Positions 1 through 13,499 of a DNA stretch of 64,000 nucleotides are shown here, piece after piece; within the stretch, counting starts at the first letter, position 1; each line of letters opens with the position of its first letter. A program made the translations under genes and the position numbers. The notes below the pieces were generated by a model. It was not told where the DNA came from and made no database searches. It was given only the letters and a program-made list of their open reading frames with translations. The stretch lies in the NCBI GenBank assembly GCA_036172245.1, contig JAYWIR010000007.1:4774001-4838000 (forward strand). Direction: 5' to 3'. The DNA is from Raillietiella orientalis (lineage: Eukaryota).

Positions 1-375
1 AACTTATCTCAAAGCAAACGTTCGTGATATCTTTGGGAATTTGAGCCAGCATGAGTAAAGAACGCATGTACAGAATGGATCTCGGCTTCCGAGAAAGCAG
101 GTGGGTGGGATAGGCTTGCAGTTGACGTACCATCCACTAGAAGCGGACGAGCCTCTCCGCTCGCAAAAGTTGCATTCGCCTCAAATGTGGTGTCGCGTGA
201 AACAACATTGCATGGGTTACTTATGTTGAGAAAATTCAGGATGGCATTCCCGTTTCGATTTATTTATTTTTACCACGAAACAGTAACTGGAAGCCGTTCT
301 AAAATTTCATAAGGTTCATGGCTCAAATCACAGACAGGTCAAATAGCCCAGGAATTTTAAAGCTTCTCTTCTTGT

Positions 376-437
376 CCCTGAAGTAATAACTCGACGCCGG
401 GATCCGCAGACCTAGAGCGGAAACCCTGAAGTAATAA
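376..437. repeat. 14-bp direct repeat (ccctgaagtaataa) flanking a 34-bp GC-rich insert
   Basis: Identical 14-mers at 376-389 and 424-437. Confidence 0.8.
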
Positions 438-613
438 GGAAACATCTTCAGGAATGCTGCATTAGAAAACAGGAACTCTTGTAAGAACTGCGCAGATGTG
501 CATGTTGCTCTACCAATCCATACTTTCTGCCCTTATCCTTGCAGTTGAAACTTACTCGTTACGGCATCGTAACTGCATGTTATACTTGACCACTAGGTTA
601 TGTACGTTTGATG

Positions 614-619
614 TTTATT
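614..619 (-). promoter_or_regulatory. Probable polyadenylation signal (AATAAA) of V-ATPase A
   Basis: tttatt on the + strand about 190 nt downstream of the stop codon, in an AT-rich 3'UTR. Confidence 0.5.
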
Positions 620-810
620 TAGCATATTTGATTGCCAAGGCACGTAATTGGCCTCGCTGAGGGCTTATGCAAACCTTCGTATTTTATCCTCAAGAATAAG
701 TACAAAAATAAATATAATGCAAATAATAATATTTTGAATTACAGACTAGACAGTAACCTCTATTACAGATACTGGAATTATACAAAACTTTCTAGTAATA
801 AAAACATGGT

Positions 811-3061
<2,251 letters not shown>

Positions 3062-5099
3062 CTTGAAGTAATCCTCTGCACGACGAGATCACGACGTAGG
3101 CAATGCTTCTGCTTGGCGGTCGAGTGGGGGGGGGGGAGAACAGTGATCTTTATTCCCAATGAAGTCGGAAGTGTGTGTTTAATGCGGTGAAACTGGACGC
3201 AACGGGCGGAATTGGAGAGAGGGAGAGAGAGAGAAAAAATCAAAAAATCAAAACGGGAACATCATAAAGCACTCTCTCTGTCACGTATCACGCTTCTTCA
3301 GCTCGTGCAATTACAACACACACGCCGGAACCACCGATCACCACACCACCCAGTTCTGAGAGTTGAAGCCCACTTATTTGCTGTGGGTTCCCTCGGCGTA
3401 GGCCAATCAATAGGGGGGTGATAATAATCGTCTCTGTCGAAATGCTCGTTCACAGATAACACTCATCGCACTATGCCTTGGATGGAACGCGTGCAGATTA
3501 CCATGCAAGTCAGGCCGCAAATTATGCAATAACTCTCCCCCCCCCCCGCGCCTCGTTTTCCTCCTCTCTCTCTCTCTCTTTTTTCTTTTTGGACAAAAAG
3601 GAAAAAACAGCTGTTTTTCAAGCAGGGAGGCAGAACGTGCTCAGTGCGACAGAAGGCAACACGCAAAGCGCTGCAACACCGTGTGCACCTCTGCCCCCCC
3701 CCCTCCTCCCCCAAACCGTTTTCGTAACAGAATTGCCTCCCTTTCGAAGAGAACGCATTGAAACGCTGATTGATTTCCCACGCTTTTAACGTGCGAATCC
3801 CATTTTTCCCGCGATTTGCTCAGATTAAAGTGTGTGCTTATGCTGATCTGAAGCCAAATCAAGAGAACGTACCCTTGCTTTTTCGATAGATCGTACTCTT
3901 TCACTTTGGAAGAAACGGTTGAGGAAGAGATATGGCTGAGACGGGGGCGGTACACGTCCGAAGCCCGCTCGGATCGTAGGAAGGGGAAACGAAAGTGGAG
4001 ATGATGCAGAAGCTGCTCTCCAAGGTACTCGGAGCAAACTTATCGGGAAACGCGCGGGGCTCTTCCTCTCGGGACGCGACTGCACAAAGTATAGGTGGTG
4101 ACACGTTGTTGAACTGTGACCTCCCACCGGCACTGTGGGCGGGTCCGCTCCGGATTTCGTGCACCGCCACCTCCGACTTCACCACGATACATGGGAACGA
4201 CTGTGCTGCTCCGTGTTCGAGCAAACCCGTATATCGCATCTCACGACATGGGGCTGACTGGAAAATAACTGGCGGAAGGTGAATCGACCGTTTTGCTTGG
4301 AAAGGAAAGACGGCAAAGGAGGACGAGTGGAAGAGGAAGAGGAAAAATGATGCGAAAATGCGGAAGATGAACGTTTCGGTCTACAGGAACTGCGCTTGCG
4401 CTTTCGATCGTCATTTTTCTCTTGGACGACGACGGGGGATCGTTTTTTTTCTTTCCTTTTTTTTGATTTGAATTAAGTGCTTTTCGTTTCACTCCTTTAC
4501 TGTCCTTTGCCACCTCAGAGAGGGAAAAAATTTCTTTCGCTCAGGAACACTTCAGCGAGATTTTCGCTTCGGTGTCCCAGCTTCCCATCCATTCGCTGCC
4601 CATGAAAGAGAGCACTTTAAAGGAACCTCCCACTCCTTTCCTTGCAACCTGCTTTACTGTCCTTGAGACCGGCACGAGCAAATTTCCGGATTCCTTCTCT
4701 CTCGCGTGTGTGATGTGAGTGATTCCTCGAGTGATCTTCGTCTTGGGAAGACCGCCACTGCTTTCTCGGGGGGACGTTGCAAAACGCGCATCCGTTGATA
4801 ATGAGAGCCGGAGGTCCACTCTCTCCGAGGGCACTGTGCCTGAGCCGTTTGGAGACAGAGAAGCACCTCTCTCGTCAGCCCCTGCCACCGGAGAGCTGGG
4901 CGAAGCCCGGGAGGCACGAGAGAGAGGGACAAGCGCGGGAATCCGGAAGCGGGTAAGGCGGAGGAGGAGTTGGACGGTGTGGGAGTGTCTTCGCGGATGA
5001 GGAAGTCTTTACTGTCCGTAAGCGGGAACACTTCCCAAGAAGCTGTCTTCTCTCCCTTCCCGCGTTTGTCTTCTCCTGCGCCTCCTTCCTCTTGAGACA

Positions 5100-7300
5100 T
5101 GAATTGGGAGTGTCCTTCCTCCTCCTCCTTCTCCTTCCCCACCTTCGGGGGTTCACCTCCACGCTCCGCCAGCCCGCCATGCCCATGGGAAGCTCATGAG
5201 AACAGAAAATGAACAAGGCGGGGGGGGAGGAAGAAGAGGCTCCTTCTTCCTGGGAGGTGCGTCAGGTTCTGGCGATGGGGTCGATGATGGCGCTGAGGAG
5301 GAGGGGAAGGGACGGAGCTCCGTTTCGTTGAATTCACGGGAAGGCACTTCGGGAGGATCGAACTCGCTGCTGCGCTCGGGACGCCCTCCCCCTTTCCCTG
5401 CCCCCTGACCATCGGCAGAGGAACGGCGAGGTGAGAGGAGGAAAAAAGGAGGGATGCATTGCAGGAGAGGGGCCGTGACGGATGGAAGGTCGTGCGGTTT
5501 TGTGGTCGGCGGTCAGAGGCGAAAGAAGGAGGAATGGACAAGCGATCCCACGGCATCCCCCCTCGCGGGAGAGTCCCTTGCGAGATCTGGAACAAGTGAG
5601 GGGCGACACCAAGGGTAGGAGGGGCTCCTTCCTCGGAGGGAGAAGGACAGCTCGGTGACGGAGGAAAGCAGGGGGAAAGGAGTAAGAAGGAGAGGGGAAG
5701 GTTGCGCGCTGGCTCCACGTTCGCTCTCTCCGCTCCAGGAACGCCCTTCCCCTTCATTCGGGCTAGACGGGAAGGGGTGAGGGGAAGAGTCGGGCCAGGC
5801 CTGTCTGCCACCGAGGATGTTTCCCCGCGGGCCCTTCCCCTCCCCTCGCTTCCATGCTCCCCAGCATGCCTGCTTTGGCCTCCTGGAGCGTCTCTCCAGT
5901 CCCCTCCTCCTTTCCCAGCGCTTCCTCCTACTCCATTTCTTCCCCTTTTGAAGGGCGTCGCCATCCTGCCTGCGGCTGTTGAGTTTTCCTCTCTTCGGGA
6001 AGGGACGTCTCCCCCTCGCCCACTCCCACCTCTGGTGTCGCTCGGAGGAGCAGACGACGCGGCGGACGCCCCCGAAGGAGCTACGGGGAGGTTCTGACGG
6101 CTCCTCCGGGGGTCCGACGAGACGAGACCGCGGGTCTTTGAAGCAGCCTGCAGCTTTGGCCTTCGACTCGCACGCGGAACGCAGCCCTTCTTCACTTTCC
6201 TCGCCCCTCTCCCTGCCGGCGGGATGGACTCCACTTCGCGGTCGCCTCCCGCCAACGGGAGGCGCTGCCGTCGCCGACCCCGGCGCGGAGGATTCTGCTG
6301 GACCCAGTCTGTTTCCGTGCAGCCTGCCAGTATGGCCAAACAGCCACAAGGCGCGGCCTGCTCTCTCCACCTGCCAGAAGTGCAGTCTCGAGCCAGAGGA
6401 TGTAGGATTCGTAGGATGGGAGGGGAGTTCCCTCCCAGTCACCAAACCAGAAAAGAAAAGAAACTCAGCCGGCTTCCGTGCGACACGACGAGGACCCCTC
6501 CTCCCGCCCGCCCACGCGTGAGCTGCAAGGTGGCTCCCCACCTCAGTCCCACGGCCTCGCAGCCCGGAGGCTGCGAACCACAGCGGCAGGAGCGCAGGAC
6601 CGACTCCCTGCAGCCCGTCGGATGGACGTTAACCTGGCACGGAGAGGGAAGGGAGCTGCTGCTCTCGGAAAGATGCAAGCCCACCCAGGTAGCAGCGTCC
6701 ATGCGGAAGAAAACTGCAAAGATGGGCAAACATCCGGGAATTTGTGGCGCGAGCGGTGACAACCCATGCCATCTTCCTGGAAGTAACGTCGATCCACACG
6801 AAATGGCAACACATCCTCGCACTAACAATACACTGGGGTCTTCCTAGGAACGATCTCCTGCCTCATATCTCAGAAAAGGAGGTCAACCCTGGATGCAGGA
6901 GGTGAGGGAACAATGAGACTTTTCCACACCTGCTGATCCTGCGTCCAGGACTTCAGCACTGTTGGGAAAAAGGGGCGTCCACCACGCTCTCCCTCTCCCA
7001 GACCCGAGTCCCCGGAACCTGCTAAGCAGGTTCTTCAGTAAGGATGGGCTATCAATGGCAGCAGCCATAATGCTCGCATGTTTTCTTCAAGCCATCGTGG
7101 TAGTGGGAGAGTAGGAAGGGAAGAGGTATAGGAAGGGAGGAGGCGGAAGAAGGGAAGAGGAGGTGGAGAAAGAAGAAAGGCACTACGGGAGCACCAAAAC
7201 CATCACAAACGCGTGCTTTAAATATGCAAGAAACCACCGAAGTTCGCACCCGAATGGACTCTCCTAGTTGCGAGAAAACACGAGAAGCAACCGAATCCGA
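5100..7300 (-). mobile_element. Decayed ORF1 (gag-like) region of an L1/Tx1-like non-LTR retrotransposon
   Basis: Frameshifted peptide ELPSH...GSRLHFWQ...(C)GC.FGH...C resembles the ORF1 zinc-knuckle region. It is followed by a long Pro/Ser/Arg low-complexity tail. Boundaries are approximate. Confidence 0.4.
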
Positions 7301-7929
7301 GTGACCTTCCCGTTCCTCCTACCTGCTCCCTTCCTTCTTACTCCCACTCCACTGGACCCTACTAACTTTGTTCATTCCCCGCTGCCCCGCTAGATAATGA
7401 GGTTCTCTTCTCTCCCTCCGGGAAAAGTCAACGCATGTTTATTTATATCAAACAGACGTCCCGGAGTCAGGATAGCAGCCGCTCAAGGGTAAGATCGGAT
7501 ATCCCGATCGAGGCACTCGCTGCTCCTGAGGTTCGTCACGCTCCGGAACCGAACGGCAGCACCCACTCTCTTGCAGCGTCTTCTTGGCAGATAGCTTCGT
7601 AGGGGCCTCCTCCGCCCAAACCTCCATCGGGCAGTTCCATCGATGATGGGGTGGAACATATCGTGTCCTCCGTACCTCCCTAGCCAGGCACCGGTGTCCG
7701 CTGCGGGAACGCTTGCTCTTGGCTGATCGGGGGGTCCACCCTGCTGCACTCGCTATGACAGCCTCTGGGAGTTCTCCGAGGAGATCAGCGCGAGGCAGAA
7801 GAGCAAGCGGAAGGAGGTGGTCCGGCGCGGCGGGGGAAGACGGAAGGCCCTCCAGCTGCTGGAACCGATGCTGCGACGATTGCTCTTCCTGGTCACGTCG
7901 GGGCATCCATTGAAAAACAATAATCTCAA

Positions 7930-10880
7930 AACTAGTGTGGCAGGGCACGTGGACCTACCATGTTCAGCTCTACAAAGGTCCTGCCGGGTTGCCAGTACGC
8001 AGACCGACGAGGGTCACCTCGGCAGCAATGGGGAGAGGAGCAAACAGAAAAATAAATAAAATGAAATAATAAATAACAATAAATAGGAACGCTATGGTGG
8101 ACGGGAAGGGATAACGGTTCTCTGGAGGGAGTCCACTGCATCCTTTCCAGGATGCTGGCTAGGTCAGTCTGTATAGCACCCGGGTGAAGTCATCCTGCTG
8201 CCATCACAGAAAGCGGAATGCATATTCAGTGGCTTCCCTTTCGTATGGTCCCCTTTCAGTGCCGCTCCAGGACGCCGCGATCCCACGGATGCAGTAAACA
8301 GATGCTGAGGCTGCGGCTGGCAGTGAGGCACCCCTCACGAAGAGGAGCCGTGAAACGTTCCTGGTGGTTGCCGATCGGGGTATTCAAGGTGGTTCCGAAA
8401 CGTTTCCATAGGGGTTGGAGGGCAACACAGTCTGCAATCAGGTGCTGGAGGGATCCACGTTCCCATCACCTGCGACATTCTGGACTCGCCCTCTCCAGAG
8501 TCCAGTGGTGTCTGCAGGAGATGCAAAGAAGACACCACAGCAGTAGCAGACGTGCCGACTCCTGCCACTTTAGGGGGAGGGGGTCACTCTGTCCACAAAC
8601 ACCAAGGGCCACTTCAAGTCTTCGAGAGGAATACCGAGCAACTCGCCCCAGAGCTGAAGCCCTTGTAAAAGGACACTCGAGGGTGCAGCATCCGCCATCT
8701 GGCCTATGGTCCAACCACTCATTAGCTTCCTGAGATCCCTCCTCGGCGGTTGACTGCTTCCCTGCTTCCCTTGCCTTCCTCAGGGAGGGCATCGTTGCAG
8801 CGAAGGGGGGTGCGCTTGCCCAAATGCTCACATGCTGGAACTCTCCAGGATGTTCCGCAGCAGGAGCAGCTGCCAAATCGCAGGCAGTTCGACGTCTTCG
8901 AGCTGGGCTCATCCCACTTGGCCCGCGTGCCAACTGTTTCTTCTAGCCAGGCGCCTGAGTTGACAGAGCAGCAGGCATTCTCCTTCTCCAGGGTGTCCAG
9001 GCGTCCGAGGAGGAGTCTGCACTTGCCGGCAGATGTACGCACGTCCTTCCGTACGGGAAACACGCTGGCAAGGAGGCGTGCAGGAACGCCCCAGGGGATG
9101 CTCCAGTACTTCGCTGCGATGCCCACCGTTCGCCATCGCAGCTCGATCTCCATCCGTTCCAGAGTCAGGAGGCCGAAGCCATCGTCCCGACACGGAGCAC
9201 ACGAGCCCTTCAGCTGGACGCGGGACGTTCACCTCATAGGGTACTTCTCAGAAGGTCCTTCGTCCTCTTCTTTGCCTCTCTGGAGACGGAGATGCGAAGA
9301 GTAGGGAGCAGAGGAGAGGGGCCGCGAACGTGTTTCCAAACCGCGGCCCGTTCCCAGAGAGCAAGTAGAACTCGGGGTCGATTGTGCATCAGCACTGGGG
9401 GCCACTCAAGGTCCTCCTGTAGGATTCCCAGCAGCTCAACCCAGCGCAATAGTCTCTTCAGTGGGTCACTTGGGGTCGCAGCGTCCGTTAGCTGGCCTGT
9501 GGTCCAACCACCAAATTCCTTCGCTCTTCCACCGGTCTTACATCGGACCTTCCATTTGACCGGCTGGTTACTGCCCAAGTGCTCCTTGAGGGAGGGCAGT
9601 GCCGCGGCTAGGTAGGTTCTTTGAGTCCATGCACACGTGGTGGGCTGCACGATGACATCCTGCAGCGAGCGGATGTATAGGAGTGCAACAGTCGCTGTCG
9701 CATGTCTAAGCTCGCTTCGTTGTTGTTGGCCCATGTGCGAACGGTTTCCTGCAGCCAGGCACTACCATTCATGGGCCGGCAGAAGATCCAGTTGTTGGTC
9801 CTGGTCAGCTTGGCCAATCGCCGGAGATCCAGTCCGCAGCTGGACACGTTGCGTCTGCGCTGCCACGTCAGGAACGAAGACAGTCCCGAGTAGCCGGTGG
9901 CTCGCTTGACCAATTATCGTGCGGGCTCTCACCAGTTCGTGCTCTAAAGCTTCGCCACTAGGGCAATCGTCCTCCTCTGGAGCTGCCGCTCCAGGAGCTC
10001 CAGCATCAGAAAGTCGAGGTCTTCGTTACGACGCGGAGCGCACAAGTTTTTCAGGCGGACTCGGGACCACCTTCTGCCTCACAGGGCGATTCTGAGGAGG
10101 TCCTTCGTCCACCTCTTTATATTTCTTGGCGAGGGGGAGGGCAGAAACAAAAAGCAGGTGCGTTCCGGCAAGAGAAACTTGCCATCTTGAAAAGGGCCGA
10201 TCTCCGACTCTGCCTTCTAGCGACAGCTAGACCACGCCTCCGCTGGAGAATAGTCCTTCAATTTTATATCGAGGTACTTAAAGTACCGAACCATGGGGAT
10301 CAGAGTGCCTGCCGCGTAATGCTTGGTCCTTGGTCTCCCTGTTTCCCTGCGACGCGCTACGCTGCCCCCTGCGTTCCCGAGGGGTGCGGTTTGGGATCTG
10401 GGATGGCACCCTATCGTGGCTCCATACCCCTTGTGACTTGGTGCTCGCTCACCACTCCGGTGAAAGAAGGCTACCCTCCCCTTTGAAGCTGCGGCCTCCC
10501 GATGGGGGTGCTCCCCAGGGTGCGAACCCAGGTTCCTCCATCGGTGTCAGCAGCAACTCGACGCTCTACTTCTCTCTTGAGCCGCGGTCTGGACATTTCG
10601 CTTCTTTCCCTGGAGCTTTGGTGTGGCACACACTGTTCCTCCACTCCCTCAGATGCCGTCTGCATGGTGGTTTCCTGCTGGGTGGTAAAGCTGTCCGCTG
10701 AGGTGTTTGCCTGGCCCGGACACTTCGGACAGTACCGGATTGTCTGGGACTTCGTTCCAGGCCTTCCTTTGGAGGCCGCGTCCGGAACCGGGGCTGGATC
10801 GGGAGTGGTGGGTTCCTCGGGAGTCTGTTCTGGACGGGTGCTCCTCAAGGTGCGACCCCAGGCTCCCCCATGGTAACATC
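7930..10880 (-). mobile_element. Decayed, internally deleted L1/Tx1-like retrotransposon with ORF1, ORF2 and 3'UTR remnants
   Basis: In the expected order on the minus strand: degenerate knuckle RYCPKCPGQANTSAD (~10730), endonuclease-like RLKNLCAP (NVYAP-like, ~10050), RT-like KYWSIPWG (KYLGVPLG-like, ~9100), zf-RVT LPLKWQESA...CRHHWTL...PEC (~8480-8580), C-terminal LASILERMQ, T-rich 3'UTR. Confidence 0.65.
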
Positions 10881-11950
10881 GTACTGGGAAATGGAAACTG
10901 CATCATCTCACTCGCTCCGTGTTGCCTGTTCGCAAGCACGAAGGCAGCATTGAGGTGGAAACGGGAGTAAAGGGTGAGAAGGCTCGAACAAGGAAAAGAA
11001 GTGGTCACCGCGAGCTCTCCTGCCCTCTCTCGGGAGGGACTTGCCCATCGTTTCGTTCAGTAGTCCTCCGCCTGCTGGGGATCTCGGACTCCCCCAAGGG
11101 ATGATGCTCTTCGAGAGCCGGAAATTTCAAGGACGTATGCGGACAGGCAGCTCCGCTCATTCGGCGATGGAGAAAAATCACAGGGAAAAGAAAAAGGTCT
11201 GCTTGTTTGCCATCTTCGACATCTTCATCCACGCGTCCACCTCCTTGCTCTGTTCTCGTGCGTTCACGTAATCGCCTCTCCAATCCCTCCCTGTCCATTA
11301 AAATCCTCCATCGGGTTTTCTTTTTTGTGCAAGTACCTCAAGAACCTTCGTGCGCCTGGTGGCCCACGCAGCTCTTTGACACCGTTCCACGTCACCCGAT
11401 GGCGTGTGTAATTCTTCGAGATAAGGGGTATAGGAAATCCCTATGAATCCAGGAAGGGCTTCTGAGAAGGAAGTACGTTCCTCTCACGCCTGGGAAGGAT
11501 CCCCAAAGGTAATCTCTTCCTTATTCTCTCCGGAAGGACCCCTAGGAAGGGACCGCTCCAAAGTTTCTTCTCCTAAGAGAACCCGAAAAGGAACCGCTCC
11601 CTGTTTCCTCCTCCTCTGAAGAGAACCCCGAAGTGACGCTTCCCAATTTCCCTGAAGGGTCGCTTCTGGGAGCAGCTCACTTCTTCACACTCTGAAGAGG
11701 TGTCAGTCGACCAGCTCCATGATACGTATGGTCCATTTTCCCAGCAGGAGAGGAACCCCGAAGGACTCCTCGATCCCTGGAAGCACCTCGAAGGATCGGC
11801 TTACGATCCCGGAGATTCAACGGGAACAGCTGATTTCCGGCTTCCACCAGCCCCACACCCTCCCCTTGAAGTGGCTGGAGTCGACGTTGATGCTGGTGCA
11901 CTGGGGTCTCAGGTGCAACGGCCGGCGGCATCCACAAGGGTGCGTCACGC
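10880..11950 (+). mobile_element. L1/Tx1-like fragment (ORF1-like piece plus zf-RVT piece)
   Basis: HTLPLKWLESTLMLVHWGLRC at ~11855-11920 is homologous to the minus-strand copies. Confidence 0.5.
11490..11670. repeat. Degenerate ~40-bp tandem repeat, 4-5 units
   Basis: Recurrent (g/t)gaag(g/a)(g)accc...aa(g)g(g)accgctcc...ttctcc units. Confidence 0.5.
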
Positions 11951-12880
11951 GGTCACGCCGGGGCGTTTATACTCTCTATACATTAGTGGTACTAAGCCCC
12001 TCTACGGCCAATACAACAGGGCCTGCCGGGTCGCCGTACGCAGACCGGAGCTTCTCTCCTCGGCAGCTGAGGGGGATAGGGGAAAAACAAAAATAAAAAT
12101 ACAAAGTAAACAAAAAAAGAAACATTTCGGAGGGCCGGGAAGGGATCACCGTCCTCTGGGGGGAGGATCCATCTTTTGCAGGATGCCATCGAGGTCCCGC
12201 TGCATATTTCCCAGATGGGGCCATCCGTTCGCAATCTTCAGGTAGCGACCCGCGTGTACGATGGGGTCCCTATCTCTGCTTCCTCTATTGGCTGCGCTCA
12301 CGCAGCCACAATCTCTCGGAGGCAGCAGAGCTGTGCCAGGGCTGAGGCTGGTTGCAGGCAGTCCCGCACAAAGAGGCGCACAACGTCTCTGGGGGTACTG
12401 CCGACCGGCATCCGGAGAGTCGTAGCAAAACGTTCCCACAAGGACCGGAGGGCAGCGCAGTACACTAACAGATGGAGGATTCCTTCTCCCGCACACTACA
12501 CAGTTCGGGCTCACCTTCCCCAACGTCCAGTGGTGGCGGTGCGCGTTACAGGGGAGACTCCAGTGCAACACAAGAAGCGCCGACTCCTGCCACTTGAGAG
12601 GGAGAGTCCCAAATAATAATACTGGCGGTCCACAGGGGTGTATGGACCCAAAGTGTGCAAGGTACGGGGGGCGGGAATCCCTCCTGCACCTGCTAGTGGA
12701 CTGTATTGCCCTTCTGCTTCTTTGAGGACGCTTTGCCGTGACCCTGGAACTCCCGGCGGCAACTCCAGAGACGTTCTGAAGCGTCTCTTCCTGAGCGACG
12801 CCCTCACTCCAGAAGGCCGCATCCCCAGCAGCACTTTGCTGCCTACGAGTTGGGATCGTGGTTGCATGGAGCAACGCCAG
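11946..12880 (-). mobile_element. 5'-truncated L1/Tx1-like copy (zf-RVT, C-terminus, 3'UTR, terminal hairpin)
   Basis: TLPLKWQESALLVLHWSLPCNAHRHHWTLGKVSPNCVVC...C (zf-RVT-like), then DLDGILQKM, a T-rich tract, the structured motif at 12023-12066 and the terminal motif at 11946-11971. Confidence 0.7.
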
Positions 12881-13230
12881 ATGAGGTCAGGACGACAGGG
12901 ACGCCATCTATTTTGCTATCCTCTTCATGAGGACAGCGTCAAGATGGCTTCCATCTGGGAATCTTGAAACAGGAACTTGCCTGCATCCTTACAAGGATGC
13001 AGAAGACGCTCTCCAGCACACAGTGATCTCTTCCTGAACCCCTCATTTGTTTTTTGTTGTATGTTTTTCTTTTGATTTCTCTCCCCTTCCCCTGTGCTGC
13101 CTAGGCGACCCCGCTGGCCTGCGTGACAGATCACGGCAGGTTCTTTCCCGTATTCATTAGTAACGTGGCAGGATCAAACGTCCTGTCACAGACATGTGTT
13201 TATTTTCTATAAATAAACGCACCAGCGAGC
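12880..13230 (+). mobile_element. Short 3'-end copy of the same L1/Tx1-like family
   Basis: ELACILTRMQ-type C-terminal peptide, T-rich tract and gctgcc...cggcagg motif at 13096-13140. Confidence 0.6.
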
Positions 13231-13234
13231 CCCA

Positions 13235-13388
13235 CACCCGACACTCACAGGACAACCAGCGTCATCCTGAGGGGAGGGGACTCGAAACCCCACGACGCAC
13301 CCTCCGTTCTCGGGATCGATCCTCCACGTGGGTATTCGAACCTGCAACGCTTGGTACCGCGCGCGGGCACTGCAGCCACAAGGCCTCC
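13235..13388 (-). mobile_element. tRNA-derived SINE, copy 1
   Basis: On the minus strand, A-box-like TGGCTGCAGTG and B-box-like GGTTCGAATAC. Aligns with the copies at 16447 and 26780. Confidence 0.7.
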
Positions 13389-13499
13389 GACGCGGACAAT
13401 CCTCAACCTCTGGAAGCAGACAGGCATGCTCATCACGTGGATCTTCAACTGCGAACGAAAACGCATGGAACCGATGGCAGTGTTGACTGAGTGATTTGC

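Noticed and set aside
3901..4282. Short ORFs upstream of V-ATPase A
   Set aside because: No motifs or splice support. The region is promoter-like and low complexity.
5194..6541. Long ORFs of 381 aa and 342 aa on the minus strand as host genes
   Set aside because: GC-rich low-complexity translations with no domain. Better explained as a decayed retroelement ORF1 region.
11990..12080. HDV-like ribozyme on the + strand (GCTGAGGGGG resembles J4/2-P2)
   Set aside because: I could not find the P1/P3/L3 nested pseudoknot consensus. Kept only as a generic structured motif.
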